A stretch of DNA of 64,000 nucleotides from an uncultured delta proteobacterium (GCA_963822965.1 CAWGJT010000005.1:512001-576000), one strand, 5' to 3'; shown: positions 29,654-39,559, numbered from the stretch's first letter. Made by a program: numbers and translations. The notes: a model not told the origin generated them from the letters alone.

Positions 29654-31285
29654 ATGGCACCGATCGAGCATCCGGACGTGTGTCGCGAGGCGCTCTCGCC
29701 CGTGCTGCTGCTCGAGCGCAACCTGCACGTCTTCCCGAACCGGGTCGGGGTGATCCACGGCGATCTCCGCTGGACCTACGCGCGCTTCGGCGAGGAGGTG
29801 GGCCGTCTGGCCGGCGCGCTGGAACGAGCGGGCGTCGCCCCCGGCGACCCCGTGGCGGTGCTCTCGCCCAACACGCCCGCGCACCTGGCCGCCCACTTCG
29901 CCCTGCCGCTGCTGCAGGCCCCCCTGGTCTCGATCAACACGCGCCTCGCCGCGGCGGAGATCGCGTACATCCTGGAGCACAGCGGCGCGAAGGTGCTGCT
30001 CGTGGACCCGCAGCTCGCGCCACCGCTGGACGCCGCCCTGCCGGGCATCGCGAGCCTGGAGCAGGTGGTGGAGGTGGCCGACGCGGGCGTCCCCGCGCGC
30101 GACGGCGCCCTCTCCTACGAGCGCTTCGTCGAGGGCGTCACCCCGCTACCCATCCGCTCGCGCCTCGACGCCGCGCCCGAGGGCGAGGACACGGTCCTCT
30201 CCATCAACTACACGTCGGGCACCACGGGGCGGCCGAAGGGCGTCATGTACACCCATCGCGGCGCCTACCTGAACGCCCTGGGCCTGATCGGCACCCTGTC
30301 GCTCACGAAGGACTCCACGTTCCTGTGGACGCTGCCCATGTTCCACTGCAACGGCTGGTGCATGCCCTGGGCGCTCACCGCCGTGGGCGCACGTCACGTC
30401 TGCCTGCGCGGCATCGACCCCCCCGAGATCTTCCGGCAGATCGACGCCCACCAGGTCACGCACTTCAACGGCGCGCCCACGGTGCTGCTGATGCTCTCGG
30501 GGGATCCGGCCGCCGCGGGTCGCCGCTTCGACCCGCCCATCCGGGTGTGCACGGGCGGCGCGCCGCCCTCCCCCACCCTGCTCGCCAAGATGGAGGCCCT
30601 GGGCGTCTCCATCACCCACCTCTACGGGCTCACGGAGACCTATGGGCCCCACGTCTTCTGCGAGATGCAGGACGGGTGGGAGGATCTCCCGACGGAGCAA
30701 CGCGCCGTGATGATGTCCCGCCAGGGCGTGCCCGCCGTGCACGCGACCCACCTGCGCGTGGTGGACGACGAGATGCGGGACGTGCCCGCCGACGCCACCG
30801 CCATGGGCGAGGTGGTGATGCGGGGCAACAACGTGATGCGCGGCTACTACCGCGACCCCGAGGCCACCGCCGCGGCGTTCCGGGGCGGCTGGTTCCACTC
30901 GGGCGACGTAGGCGTGATGCACCCCGACGGCTACATCGAGCTGCGCGACCGCAGCAAGGACATCATCATCTCGGGCGGCGAGAACATCTCCACCATCGAG
31001 GTGGAGAACACCCTCTACCAGCACCCGGACGTGCAGGAGGTCGCGGTGGTAGGGGTTCCACATGAAAAGTGGGGCGAGGTGCCGAAGGCCTTCGTGACCC
31101 CGAAGCCCGGCTGCCACCCGGACGCGGACGCGATCATCGCCTTCGCACGCGAGCGCCTCGCGCACTTCAAGTGCCCGAAGAGCGTCGAGTTCATCGAGCT
31201 GCCGAAGACCGCCACGGGCAAGATCCAGAAGTTCAAGCTGCGCGAGAAGGAGTGGGGGGGCCGGGAGCGCCGCATCCAGGGCTGA
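29654..31285 (+). CDS. acyl-CoA synthetase (AMP-binding)
   Basis: [44 protein letters not shown]. Confidence 0.93.
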   Translation: MAPIEHPDVCREALSPVLLLERNLHVFPNRVGVIHGDLRWTYARFGEEVGRLAGALERAGVAPGDPVAVLSPNTPAHLAAHFALPLLQAPLVSINTRLAAAEIAYILEHSGAKVLLVDPQLAPPLDAALPGIASLEQVVEVADAGVPARDGALSYERFVEGVTPLPIRSRLDAAPEGEDTVLSINYTSGTTGRPKGVMYTHRGAYLNALGLIGTLSLTKDSTFLWTLPMFHCNGWCMPWALTAVGARHVCLRGIDPPEIFRQIDAHQVTHFNGAPTVLLMLSGDPAAAGRRFDPPIRVCTGGAPPSPTLLAKMEALGVSITHLYGLTETYGPHVFCEMQDGWEDLPTEQRAVMMSRQGVPAVHATHLRVVDDEMRDVPADATAMGEVVMRGNNVMRGYYRDPEATAAAFRGGWFHSGDVGVMHPDGYIELRDRSKDIIISGGENISTIEVENTLYQHPDVQEVAVVGVPHEKWGEVPKAFVTPKPGCHPDADAIIAFARERLAHFKCPKSVEFIELPKTATGKIQKFKLREKEWGGRERRIQG

Positions 31286-31483
31286 GCGCCGGCGAGCTGC
31301 GGGCGTGCGACATCGATGCGTCTCCGCTCCGCGCGCATGGCGTCCTCGATCTGGGAGACGCCATCTGGGTTGCGCTGGCGGGGATCTCGGCCCGCAGGCG
31401 GAGCCGGCCGGGGTCGAGCTCACGCGCACCCGCACCCGGACGCCGTCGGCGGGAGGCCGGCTCACGATCTCGTGGGACCTACA

Positions 31484-31876
31484 TCACCGCCTGGCGCCCA
31501 GACCGGGCCCCGCAGCGGGCTCGAGAGCGCGAATTGCCTGGACCATCCCGTCCCGGTCGTCCGGATGGACCAGGAAGGTTCGTGCCTCGGGCCGCTGGAC
31601 GAGGGCGTTGCACCCGCCCAGGGCGCGGACCACGGCACCGAGTGAAGGGCGTCGCGCGCGAAGGCGGCGCCACTGCGAGTCGCGGGGCATGAGGAGGAAG
31701 CCGGAATCGATCAGGAGGACGGAGGCGCCGCCGTGGCTCCCCACCTCGCGGTCAGCGCCCAGCGCGTCCTCCACACCGCGGACCTCGAATCCTCCCTCCT
31801 TGAGGAAGGCCTCGAGGCCCCGTCCGTCTGCGCGTGAGACCGTGGCAAATAGGACCAGAGTCGGCTGCGGGTTCAT
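31484..31876 (-). CDS. hypothetical protein, degenerate receiver-like domain
   Basis: Alpha/beta pattern LEAFLKEGGFEVRGVED..VLLID..FLVHP. Confidence 0.5.
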   Translation of the reverse strand: MNPQPTLVLFATVSRADGRGLEAFLKEGGFEVRGVEDALGADREVGSHGGASVLLIDSGFLLMPRDSQWRRLRARRPSLGAVVRALGGCNALVQRPEARTFLVHPDDRDGMVQAIRALEPAAGPGLGARR

Positions 31877-32176
31877 ACAGGGCTTGCCTCCCTGCCGGGG
31901 CGCCGGATCCGGGTGTGGCAGGGCGCCGCAAGCGACCAGAGGATCGAGAAGGGACGGCCCGCCGGTCCATCGGCAGATCCCGGCATTTGCGTATCCGAAT
32001 CCGGGTAGCCCCGGGGGGTGGCGACAAGCCGACGTGCAGAGCCGCCGGCTCGACTCCCCAGAATCCGCAGCCCGCTTCCCGGGTTCTGTTCCGCCATGGA
32101 ACCGACCGCCCCGCACGCCGACCCCGAGCTCGGCGCTGCGAATGCGGCGCATTCGGGTTGACGCGGACCCGCCGTC

Positions 32177-33658
32177 TCAGGTCACCTCGCCCAGGGCTTC
32201 CTCGGCGGCGGCGGCGTCCTCGGCGGGCGAGTGGACGGGTCTTCCGGCCCGTACGGCCTCCAGGGCGAGCCTCGTCGCGAGCTGGGCGTGCCGGTCGATC
32301 CTGTAGTAACGGAACACCCAGATCGCCACGATCGTCACGAGGCCGGCGGCGAGGTTCAGCAGGCCCAGATGGCGGATCGCCAGGGCGCCCACGGCGCTGG
32401 GCTCCTCCTGCAGGGGGAAGGCGATCCAGTCGAGCCCCACCCCCGCCACGAAGTGCCCCAAGCCCGACGCGAGCTTGCCCGAGAAGGACGTCGCGCTGAA
32501 GAAGATGCCCTGCTGGGCACGACCCGTGTGCAGCGCGTGCTCCTCGGCCACGTCGGCCATCATCGACCCGGCCGACACGAAGCTCGTCGCGGCGATCGTC
32601 ATGTTGACGACCACCAGGAAGAAGACGATCGGTAGCAGCCAGGGCGTGCCGTTCTCGGGGAACCAGCCCAGCAGCCGCAGGACGACGGCCGCGTTGCCCA
32701 CCACCGCCGAAGCGACGCAGCCCGCCACCAGGGTGGGCAGCTTGTCGAAGCGCCGGTGCAGCGGGCCCACGAGCGCCGCGCCCAGCACGAAGCCCAGCGC
32801 GAAGGGCAACGCCAGCAGGCGCAGCTGCACGGTGTCGAACTGCCAGAAGAAGACGTTCAGATGGGTTCCCAGCGTCGCCAGGATCCCCAGGAAGACGGCG
32901 TAGAGGGCGAAGCCCACGAAGAGCGATCGGAACGAGACGTTGTGCCACGCCGACGCGAACTCGTGCAGGATGCGTCGGACGGAAAAGGGCTCGGGGTGCT
33001 CGGGAGCGCGCGGCAGGTCGGGGATGGTGTGTCGCGTTCCCCAGGCCGAGTACCAGATCGTGAAGAACATGATGATCGCAGCGAAGAGAGCGTAGTGGGG
33101 ATAGCCGGCGGGATTCATCAGGCCGTTCTCGAACTCGTCGGTCTCGGGGAAGAAGAACGTGTAGGCGGCGATGACCGTCACCACGCCACCCACCACCCCG
33201 AGCGTCGTGCGCCAGGCCACGATCGACGTGCGCTCCTGGTAGTCGTCCGAGAGCTCGGCTCCCATGGCGAGATGCGGCACGGAGTACAGCGTCATGGCGC
33301 CGCGCACCAACACCGCGAAGCCCGTGAGCCACAGGAAGAGCCCCGTCTGGCCGAGACCTTCCGGCGGCAGGAAGAGCAGCACGAAGCCCGCCGCCAGGGG
33401 CAGCGCCGAGGCGTACATGAAGGGATGTCGGCGTCCGCGCGGCGACCTCCAATTGTCCGAGAGCGAGCCCGCCAGGGGATCGGTCACCGCGTCGAAGACC
33501 AGCGCGATCAGGATGGCGGTGCCCGCCAGGCTGCCGGACAACCCCAGCACCTGGGTGAAGTAGAAGAACAGGAACGTGTTGAAGCCCAGGTTCTTGACCT
33601 GCTCGCCGACCTGTCCGAGCCCGTAGGCGAACTTGGTCGCCCGATCGAGTCGGCTCAT
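32177..33658 (-). CDS. MFS transporter, GPH (MelB/YihO-like) sugar-glycoside family
   Basis: DAVTDPLAGSLSD...GRRHPF, VPHLAMGAELSDDYQERT, SMMADV; ATGA overlap with the upstream gene. Confidence 0.9.
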   Translation of the reverse strand: MSRLDRATKFAYGLGQVGEQVKNLGFNTFLFFYFTQVLGLSGSLAGTAILIALVFDAVTDPLAGSLSDNWRSPRGRRHPFMYASALPLAAGFVLLFLPPEGLGQTGLFLWLTGFAVLVRGAMTLYSVPHLAMGAELSDDYQERTSIVAWRTTLGVVGGVVTVIAAYTFFFPETDEFENGLMNPAGYPHYALFAAIIMFFTIWYSAWGTRHTIPDLPRAPEHPEPFSVRRILHEFASAWHNVSFRSLFVGFALYAVFLGILATLGTHLNVFFWQFDTVQLRLLALPFALGFVLGAALVGPLHRRFDKLPTLVAGCVASAVVGNAAVVLRLLGWFPENGTPWLLPIVFFLVVVNMTIAATSFVSAGSMMADVAEEHALHTGRAQQGIFFSATSFSGKLASGLGHFVAGVGLDWIAFPLQEEPSAVGALAIRHLGLLNLAAGLVTIVAIWVFRYYRIDRHAQLATRLALEAVRAGRPVHSPAEDAAAAEEALGEVT

Positions 33659-34731
33659 CGCCCGGGGTCCTCGAGGCCGAGCTCTGCGAGCTCCACGGGG
33701 CGTCCCTCGTCGATCGAGCGGTGCGCGGCGACGCCGAGCGCCACGGAGCGCAGCCCGTCGGACGCGCTCACCGCGGGCGGCCCGCCGCTGCGGATCGCCT
33801 CCAGGAAGTGCAGGTGCTCGACGAAGCTGGCCCCGTGATGGAACCCCTCGTAGCCGATGCGCACATCGGGCTCGGGCGGGAGATCCTCCCACTTGCGGTA
33901 CTCGCGGCCTCCCCGCACGAGCCCACCGCCCGGAACCACCACGTCGAGCTTCCCCGCGCTGCCGGTGGCCACGATCTCCTGCTCGTTGCGACTCGACTCG
34001 GCGAACATGCACAGATCGAGACAGGCGCGGGCTCCGTCCGCGTAGTCGACGATCACGAAGGCGTTGTCGAGGATGTCGGGCGTCTCGCCGTCGTAGCGTT
34101 CGTCGAGGTGGTTCACGTCCTGGGCGCCCGAGGCGTAGACCCGCTTCGGCGCCGAGGGCATCACGAGGTTCATCAGATCGAAGAAGTGGCAGCACTTCTC
34201 GACCAGCGTGCCTCCGGTGTTGCGCGAGAAGCGGTTCCAGTCGCCCACCTTCGGCAGGAACGGAAAACGATGCTCGCGAATGAAGAGCATCTTGATCTCG
34301 CCCACGCAGGGCAGCTCGCGCAGGAAGCGCGCAATCGGGGGCATGAAACGGTACTCGAGGCCCACCTGCACGACGCCCGGGTGCGCGGCGGCACCCGTCA
34401 CCACCCGCCGGCAATCCTCCATCGTGGTGCACATGGGCTTCTCGAGCAGCACGTGCTTGCCGCTGGCGAAGACCGCGTCCATCACGGCGGCGTGGGTGTG
34501 ATTCGGCGAGGCGACGACCACCACGTCGATGGGCGCCTTCTCGAGCATCTCGCGGTGATCCGCGTAGACTCGCACGCCTTTCGCAGCGTCGCCGCAGGCG
34601 ACGAGACCCCACCTCCGCGACTCCTCGTGCGGGTCGGCCAGGGCCGCGACGCGGGCTCCCTCGATGGCCCCGATGTTGCGGATGTGCTCGCAGCCCATCA
34701 TGCCGGAGCCGATGATTCCGTAGCGGATCAC
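33655..34731 (-). CDS. Gfo/Idh/MocA-fold protein, probable NAD+-dependent sulfoquinovosidase (GH188/SqgA-like)
   Basis: GIIGSGMMG, LEKPM, GLEYRF, EHRFPFLPKVGDWNRF, GGTLVEKCCHFFD, HHG. Confidence 0.75.
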   Translation of the reverse strand: MIRYGIIGSGMMGCEHIRNIGAIEGARVAALADPHEESRRWGLVACGDAAKGVRVYADHREMLEKAPIDVVVVASPNHTHAAVMDAVFASGKHVLLEKPMCTTMEDCRRVVTGAAAHPGVVQVGLEYRFMPPIARFLRELPCVGEIKMLFIREHRFPFLPKVGDWNRFSRNTGGTLVEKCCHFFDLMNLVMPSAPKRVYASGAQDVNHLDERYDGETPDILDNAFVIVDYADGARACLDLCMFAESSRNEQEIVATGSAGKLDVVVPGGGLVRGGREYRKWEDLPPEPDVRIGYEGFHHGASFVEHLHFLEAIRSGGPPAVSASDGLRSVALGVAAHRSIDEGRPVELAELGLEDPGR

Positions 34732-35495
34732 GTGCGGCCTTCTCCTCCGTCCTCGTGCCGGGAGTCGTGGCGGGCCGGCGCGCGCGCCGCCAGACGCGCC
34801 ACGCGTTCCCGAAGCTGCACGAGAACCGGCCCGGGCTCGTCCTGCTCGTCCTCGAAGACCGCGATCTCGAGGAAGCCCTCCAGCTCGGTCGCCGAATAGT
34901 GCCTCGCCACGGCTTCGATGTCATCGAGCATCGCGGGAATGAGACGCTTGCCGGCCACGAAGTAGGGGTCGACGAGCAGGAGCCGTCCGCCGGCGTCCTG
35001 CATCACGTTGCCGGGTCGCACGTCGAGGCCGCCGAAGAAGCCGATGTGGCGCTCCCCGTGGTGGGCCGCGGCCTCGAGGACCGCGTGGAGCGCCGCGAGC
35101 GCCGGGTCGGCCCGCCGTTCGGCCTTCCAGCGCGCGAGCTCGGCGGCTGTCACCTCGCGCTCCAGATGCTTCGTCCGGCCGAGACGGCAGCACAGGAGCG
35201 AGGCCGCGTCCGGGTCGGCCGGCTCGAGGCGCGGCATCACGACGAGCTGCCCTGCGGGCGCGACGTCGCGGTGCCAGACGATGCGCGGAAAGTACGCCAC
35301 CTGCGGGTACGCGAGACAGGTGCGCACGTGCAGCGCGTAGGCGGGATCGAAGGGCACGACCCGGGCCACGAGATCACCGGCCGGCGAGACGTACACCTGG
35401 GCCCAGTCGCCGCGCGCGAGCCAGCGCCAGCCGCGGGCATCCAGCAGCCGGCGCGCGTCCCGATGGCTCGCGTCGGACGGAAGATCGGCCAGCAT
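34728..35495 (-). CDS. atypical protein-kinase-like (PKL) fold hypothetical protein
   Basis: LARGDWAQVY, LVARV, LDVRPGNVM, LLLVDP. Confidence 0.6.
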   Translation of the reverse strand: MLADLPSDASHRDARRLLDARGWRWLARGDWAQVYVSPAGDLVARVVPFDPAYALHVRTCLAYPQVAYFPRIVWHRDVAPAGQLVVMPRLEPADPDAASLLCCRLGRTKHLEREVTAAELARWKAERRADPALAALHAVLEAAAHHGERHIGFFGGLDVRPGNVMQDAGGRLLLVDPYFVAGKRLIPAMLDDIEAVARHYSATELEGFLEIAVFEDEQDEPGPVLVQLRERVARLAARAPARHDSRHEDGGEGRT

Positions 35496-35544
35496 CCGGC
35501 GATGCTACCGCCTCCTGCGAGACGGTTCAGAAGCGGGAGGCGCT

Positions 35545-37611
35545 TCAGAAGAGCTCGGGCTGGCCGTCTCCGTCGCCTCCGCCGGAGGGCTTCTTCCCCG
35601 CCCGGGGCTTCGCCGCGGAGGGCTTCGCCTTCGTCCCCTTCGCCTCTTTCGCCTCCTTCGAGGCGTTCGCGGTCTTCGCGCTCTTCGCGCTCTTCGCGGA
35701 GGGCTTCACGGGCTGGAAGCCCACGCGCGCCACGGGCTTGGGGGCGAGGCGATTGCCGCGGGCGGTGGGCGCGGTGAGCTCCAGCTGCGAGAGGTCGTAC
35801 TCCGACCCCTTCACCCGCTGCCGCTTCTGGGCGACGTAGGTGAGCTTCACCATGCCCGTCTCGCCGTCCTGCAGCAGCAGGTCGACCTTGCCCTTCTCGT
35901 CCTTGACGAGCCGGTACTCCTTGTTGCGGATGAACTTCTCGATGCGGATGCGCTTGCCGAATGCCATGCGCTTGCCGTCGCGATAGACCACCGTGAACTC
36001 GGCTCCGGTCTCCGGATCGAAGGGGTGGCAGTAGAGCAGCCGGGCCCCGAAGAAGACCTTGTCCACCGGCGGCATCACCCGGTAGGTACCGTCCGCCGCA
36101 ATGGCGAGCACCAGGTCGTACTCGCTCACGCTCATGCGGAAGAGATCGCCGCGCACCGTCGAGCCGAAGAAGCCCGTGTCCGGGTCGTAGGCGAGCTTCA
36201 CGTTGGGCCGGGCCACGGCCTTCTTGTCGACGCTCTCGATGCGGGTGATCTGGGTGCGCCGCGGGTACTCGTCGCCGTAGCGCTCGAGCAGCGACTCCAC
36301 GTAGCGGATCGTCGTCCGCTTCATGTTGGAGAGCTTCTCCTCCACCTCCGCAATCTTCGCCAGGATCTCGTCGATCTCCTCGCGGTTGCGCTCGATGTCG
36401 TAGGCGGAGATGCGGCGGATGCGGATCTCGAGGAGCCGCTTCACGTCGTCGTCCACCATGGGGCGGACGAAGAGGTCCTCGTACTTCTTCATGCCCGTGA
36501 CGACCACCTGGCTCACCTTCTCGGCGGTCTCGGCCTTCTCGAGCCGCTTGTAGACGCCCTTCTCGATGAAGATCCGCTCGAGGGTGAGCCAGTGCTGGCG
36601 ATCGAGGAGGCGCTCGCGATCCCACTCGAGCTCGGCCTGCAGCTGCTGCACGAGCTGCTGGGTCAGCGCCTTGAGGATCTCGCTCACGGTCATCACGACG
36701 GGCCGCCGGCCGTCGATGACCGTGATGTTCGACGAGATGGACACCGAGCAGTCGGTGTAGGCGTAGAGCTGGGGGATCACCTCCGCCGGCCGCACGCCTC
36801 GAGCCAGGGTGAGCTCGATCTCCACCTTGTCCGTCGTGAAGTCGTCGATGGAGGCGAGCTTCACCCGGTCCTTCTGCACCGCGGCCTCGATGGAGGCGAT
36901 GAGGCTCTCGGTGGTGGTGCCGTAGGGGATCTCGGTGATCTTCACCCGCTTGGGGTCGATGGTCTGGATCTTCGCCCGCACCTCGACCTTGCCCCCGCCG
37001 TCATCGTAGGCGGAGACGTCCATCTGCCCGCCCTGGGGAAAGTCGGGAAAGAGCTCGACCTTCTTGCTCTTCAGGGTGGCGATCTGGGCTTCCCACAGCT
37101 CCCGCAGGTTGTGGGGCAGGATCTTCGTCGCCATGCCGACGGCGATGCCCTCGGTGCCGAGCATCAGCACCACGGGCAGCTTGGCGGGCAGGCGCACCGG
37201 CTCGCTCGTGCGCCCGTCGTAGCTCGGCACCGTCTCGGTCAGGTGCTCGTTGAAGAGCGTCTCGAGGGCCAGCGGCGAGAGGCGGCACTCGATGTAACGG
37301 GCGGCGGCGGCGGGATGGCCCGTGATCAGGTTGCCGAAGTTGCCCTGCCGGTCGATGAAGAAGCCCTTGTTGGCGAGCACCACCAGGGCGTCCGAGATGG
37401 ACGCGTCGCCGTGAGGGTGCAGCTTCATCGTCTCGCCGATGACGTTGGCCACCTTGTGGTAGCGGCCGTCGCTCATCGTGAAGAGCGTGTGCAGGATACG
37501 CCGCTGCACGGGCTTGAGCCCGTCCGACAGGTCGGGGATGGCGCGGTCCAGAATGAAGTAGCTCGCGTAGTCGACGAAGTGCTGGCGCATCATCGATTCG
37601 AGCTGGGCCAT
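35545..37611 (-). CDS. parC: DNA topoisomerase IV subunit A
   Basis: DGLKPVQRRIL, HPHGD, AAARYIE catalytic Tyr, GIAVGMAT; short CTD with no GyrA box seen. Confidence 0.88.
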   Translation of the reverse strand: MAQLESMMRQHFVDYASYFILDRAIPDLSDGLKPVQRRILHTLFTMSDGRYHKVANVIGETMKLHPHGDASISDALVVLANKGFFIDRQGNFGNLITGHPAAAARYIECRLSPLALETLFNEHLTETVPSYDGRTSEPVRLPAKLPVVLMLGTEGIAVGMATKILPHNLRELWEAQIATLKSKKVELFPDFPQGGQMDVSAYDDGGGKVEVRAKIQTIDPKRVKITEIPYGTTTESLIASIEAAVQKDRVKLASIDDFTTDKVEIELTLARGVRPAEVIPQLYAYTDCSVSISSNITVIDGRRPVVMTVSEILKALTQQLVQQLQAELEWDRERLLDRQHWLTLERIFIEKGVYKRLEKAETAEKVSQVVVTGMKKYEDLFVRPMVDDDVKRLLEIRIRRISAYDIERNREEIDEILAKIAEVEEKLSNMKRTTIRYVESLLERYGDEYPRRTQITRIESVDKKAVARPNVKLAYDPDTGFFGSTVRGDLFRMSVSEYDLVLAIAADGTYRVMPPVDKVFFGARLLYCHPFDPETGAEFTVVYRDGKRMAFGKRIRIEKFIRNKEYRLVKDEKGKVDLLLQDGETGMVKLTYVAQKRQRVKGSEYDLSQLELTAPTARGNRLAPKPVARVGFQPVKPSAKSAKSAKTANASKEAKEAKGTKAKPSAAKPRAGKKPSGGGDGDGQPELF

Positions 37612-37684
37612 GGCGTTCTCTCTTTCTCTCTTCTCTCTCTCGTTCGCTCTCGCGCTCGCGCGGCTGTCGCCGGCGCGTCCGGCG

Positions 37685-39559
37685 TCAGATGACGTCGGTG
37701 ACGAGATTCTCGACGATGAAGTTCCGGCGTTCGGGGGTGTTCTTGCCCATCACGAAGTCGAGGGTCTTGCCCACCTCGCCCAGGTTGGCGACCGCGACGG
37801 GACGCAGGCGGATCTCCTCCCCGATGAACTGGCCGAACTCCTTGGGGCTGATCTCCCCGAGCCCCTTGAAGCGGGTGATCTCGGCGCCGCGGATCGCCCC
37901 CAGGGCGGCGTCCCGCTCGCTCTCGCTGTAGCAGTAGCGGGTCTCCTTCTTGTTGCGGACCCGGAAGAGCGGCGTCTCCAGCACGTAGAGGTGGTTCTTC
38001 ACCACCAGCTCCTCGAAGTAGCGCAGGAAGTAGGTGAGCAGCAGGTTGCGGATGTGCATGCCGTCGACGTCGGCGTCCGTCGCGATCACCACGCGGTTGT
38101 AACGGAGCCCCTCGATGCCGTCCTCGATGCCGAGGGCGCGCATGATGTTGTAGAGCTCTTCGTTCTTGTAGATGGCGTCGCGCTTCAGGCCGTGGCAGTT
38201 GAGCGGCTTGCCCTTCAGCGAGAAGATCGCCTGGGTCTGCACGTCGCGGCACGGCACCATGACGCCCGCCGCCGAGTCGCCTTCGGCGAGGAAGATCGTC
38301 GACTCGTCCCGGCGGGCGCCCCGCCCATCGTCGAAGTGCACCTTGCAGTCCGTGAGCTTCGGGATGCGGATCGCCACCTTCTTGGCGCGCTCCCGCGCCT
38401 CCTTCTTGATGGAGGCCAGCTCCTTCCGGATGCGCTCGTTCGATTTCACCTTCTCGAGCAGGGCGGCCGCGTCGTCGGGATGCTTGTGGAGCCAACGCAT
38501 CACCTCCTGGCGCACGGCTGGGACGATCCAGGAGCGCACCTCGGTGGAGCCCAGCTTGTTCTTGGTCTGGCTCTCGAAGACGGGGTCCTGCAGCTTGATG
38601 GCGATGGCGCCCACGATGCCGTCCCGGATGTCCTCCCCGGCGAAGTTCTTCTGGGCGAACTCGTTGATGCCCTTCAGGAGCCCCTCCCGGAAGGCCGACT
38701 GGTGGGTGCCGCCGTCGTTCGTGTACTGCCCGTTCACGAACGCGTAGTAGCTCTCGCCGTAGTTGTGGGTGTGGGTGAAGGCGAACTCGATGCGGTCGTC
38801 GGTGCAGTGAACCGTCTCGTAGAGGGGCGTGTCGGCGCCGAGCTCGTGCTCGAGCAGGTCCGCGAGCCCCCGCGAGCTCTGGAACTTCCTGCCGTTGTAG
38901 ACGAGGGTGATGCCGCGGTTCAGGAACGCGTAGTAGCGCAGGCGGTGCTCGATGAACTCCTCGTTCCACTGGTAGACGCCGAAGATCTCCGGGTCCGGCG
39001 TGAAACGGACCAGGGTGCCGTCGGGCGCGTCCGCCTGCTTGCCCTTCTTGTCGGACTGGATCTTGCCGCGCGAGAACTTCGCCGTGCGGAAGTGGCTGTC
39101 CCGGAAGCTCGTGGCCTCGAAGTCCGACGCCAGGGCGTTCACCGCCTTGGTGCCGACCCCGTTCAGGCCCACCGAGAACTGGAAGACGTCGTCGTTGTAC
39201 TTGCCGCCGGTGTTGATCTGGCTGACGCAGTCGACGAGCTTGCCCAGGGGGATGCCGCGACCGTAGTCGCGCACCGTCACCGTCTCGCCGGAGCGCTCGA
39301 TCTCGACCCGCTTGCCGGCGCCCATGATGAACTCGTCGACCGCGTTGTCCACGACCTCCTTCAGCATGACGTAGATGCCGTCGAGAGGATGGCTGCCGTT
39401 GCCGAGCCGGCCGATGTACATGCCCGTGCGCAGGCGGATGTGCTCGAGCGCGTCGAGGGTCTGGATGGCCTTCTCGTCGTAGGCCACCTCGCCCCGGGCG
39501 CGCGGCTTCTTCTTCGCCTGCTTCGCGGCGGCCTTAGTGGACGTCTCTGCGCTCGCCAT
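37685..39559 (-). CDS. parE: DNA topoisomerase IV subunit B
   Basis: EVVDNAVDE, GLNGVG, AEGDSA, LKGKPLN, TDADVDG, RFKGLGE. Confidence 0.88.
   Translation of the reverse strand: MASAETSTKAAAKQAKKKPRARGEVAYDEKAIQTLDALEHIRLRTGMYIGRLGNGSHPLDGIYVMLKEVVDNAVDEFIMGAGKRVEIERSGETVTVRDYGRGIPLGKLVDCVSQINTGGKYNDDVFQFSVGLNGVGTKAVNALASDFEATSFRDSHFRTAKFSRGKIQSDKKGKQADAPDGTLVRFTPDPEIFGVYQWNEEFIEHRLRYYAFLNRGITLVYNGRKFQSSRGLADLLEHELGADTPLYETVHCTDDRIEFAFTHTHNYGESYYAFVNGQYTNDGGTHQSAFREGLLKGINEFAQKNFAGEDIRDGIVGAIAIKLQDPVFESQTKNKLGSTEVRSWIVPAVRQEVMRWLHKHPDDAAALLEKVKSNERIRKELASIKKEARERAKKVAIRIPKLTDCKVHFDDGRGARRDESTIFLAEGDSAAGVMVPCRDVQTQAIFSLKGKPLNCHGLKRDAIYKNEELYNIMRALGIEDGIEGLRYNRVVIATDADVDGMHIRNLLLTYFLRYFEELVVKNHLYVLETPLFRVRNKKETRYCYSESERDAALGAIRGAEITRFKGLGEISPKEFGQFIGEEIRLRPVAVANLGEVGKTLDFVMGKNTPERRNFIVENLVTDVI

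Noticed and set aside
35545..39559. Calling the pair gyrA/gyrB
   Set aside because: The short A-subunit CTD without a GyrA box and the compact B subunit fit topo IV better; phylogeny is needed for certainty.
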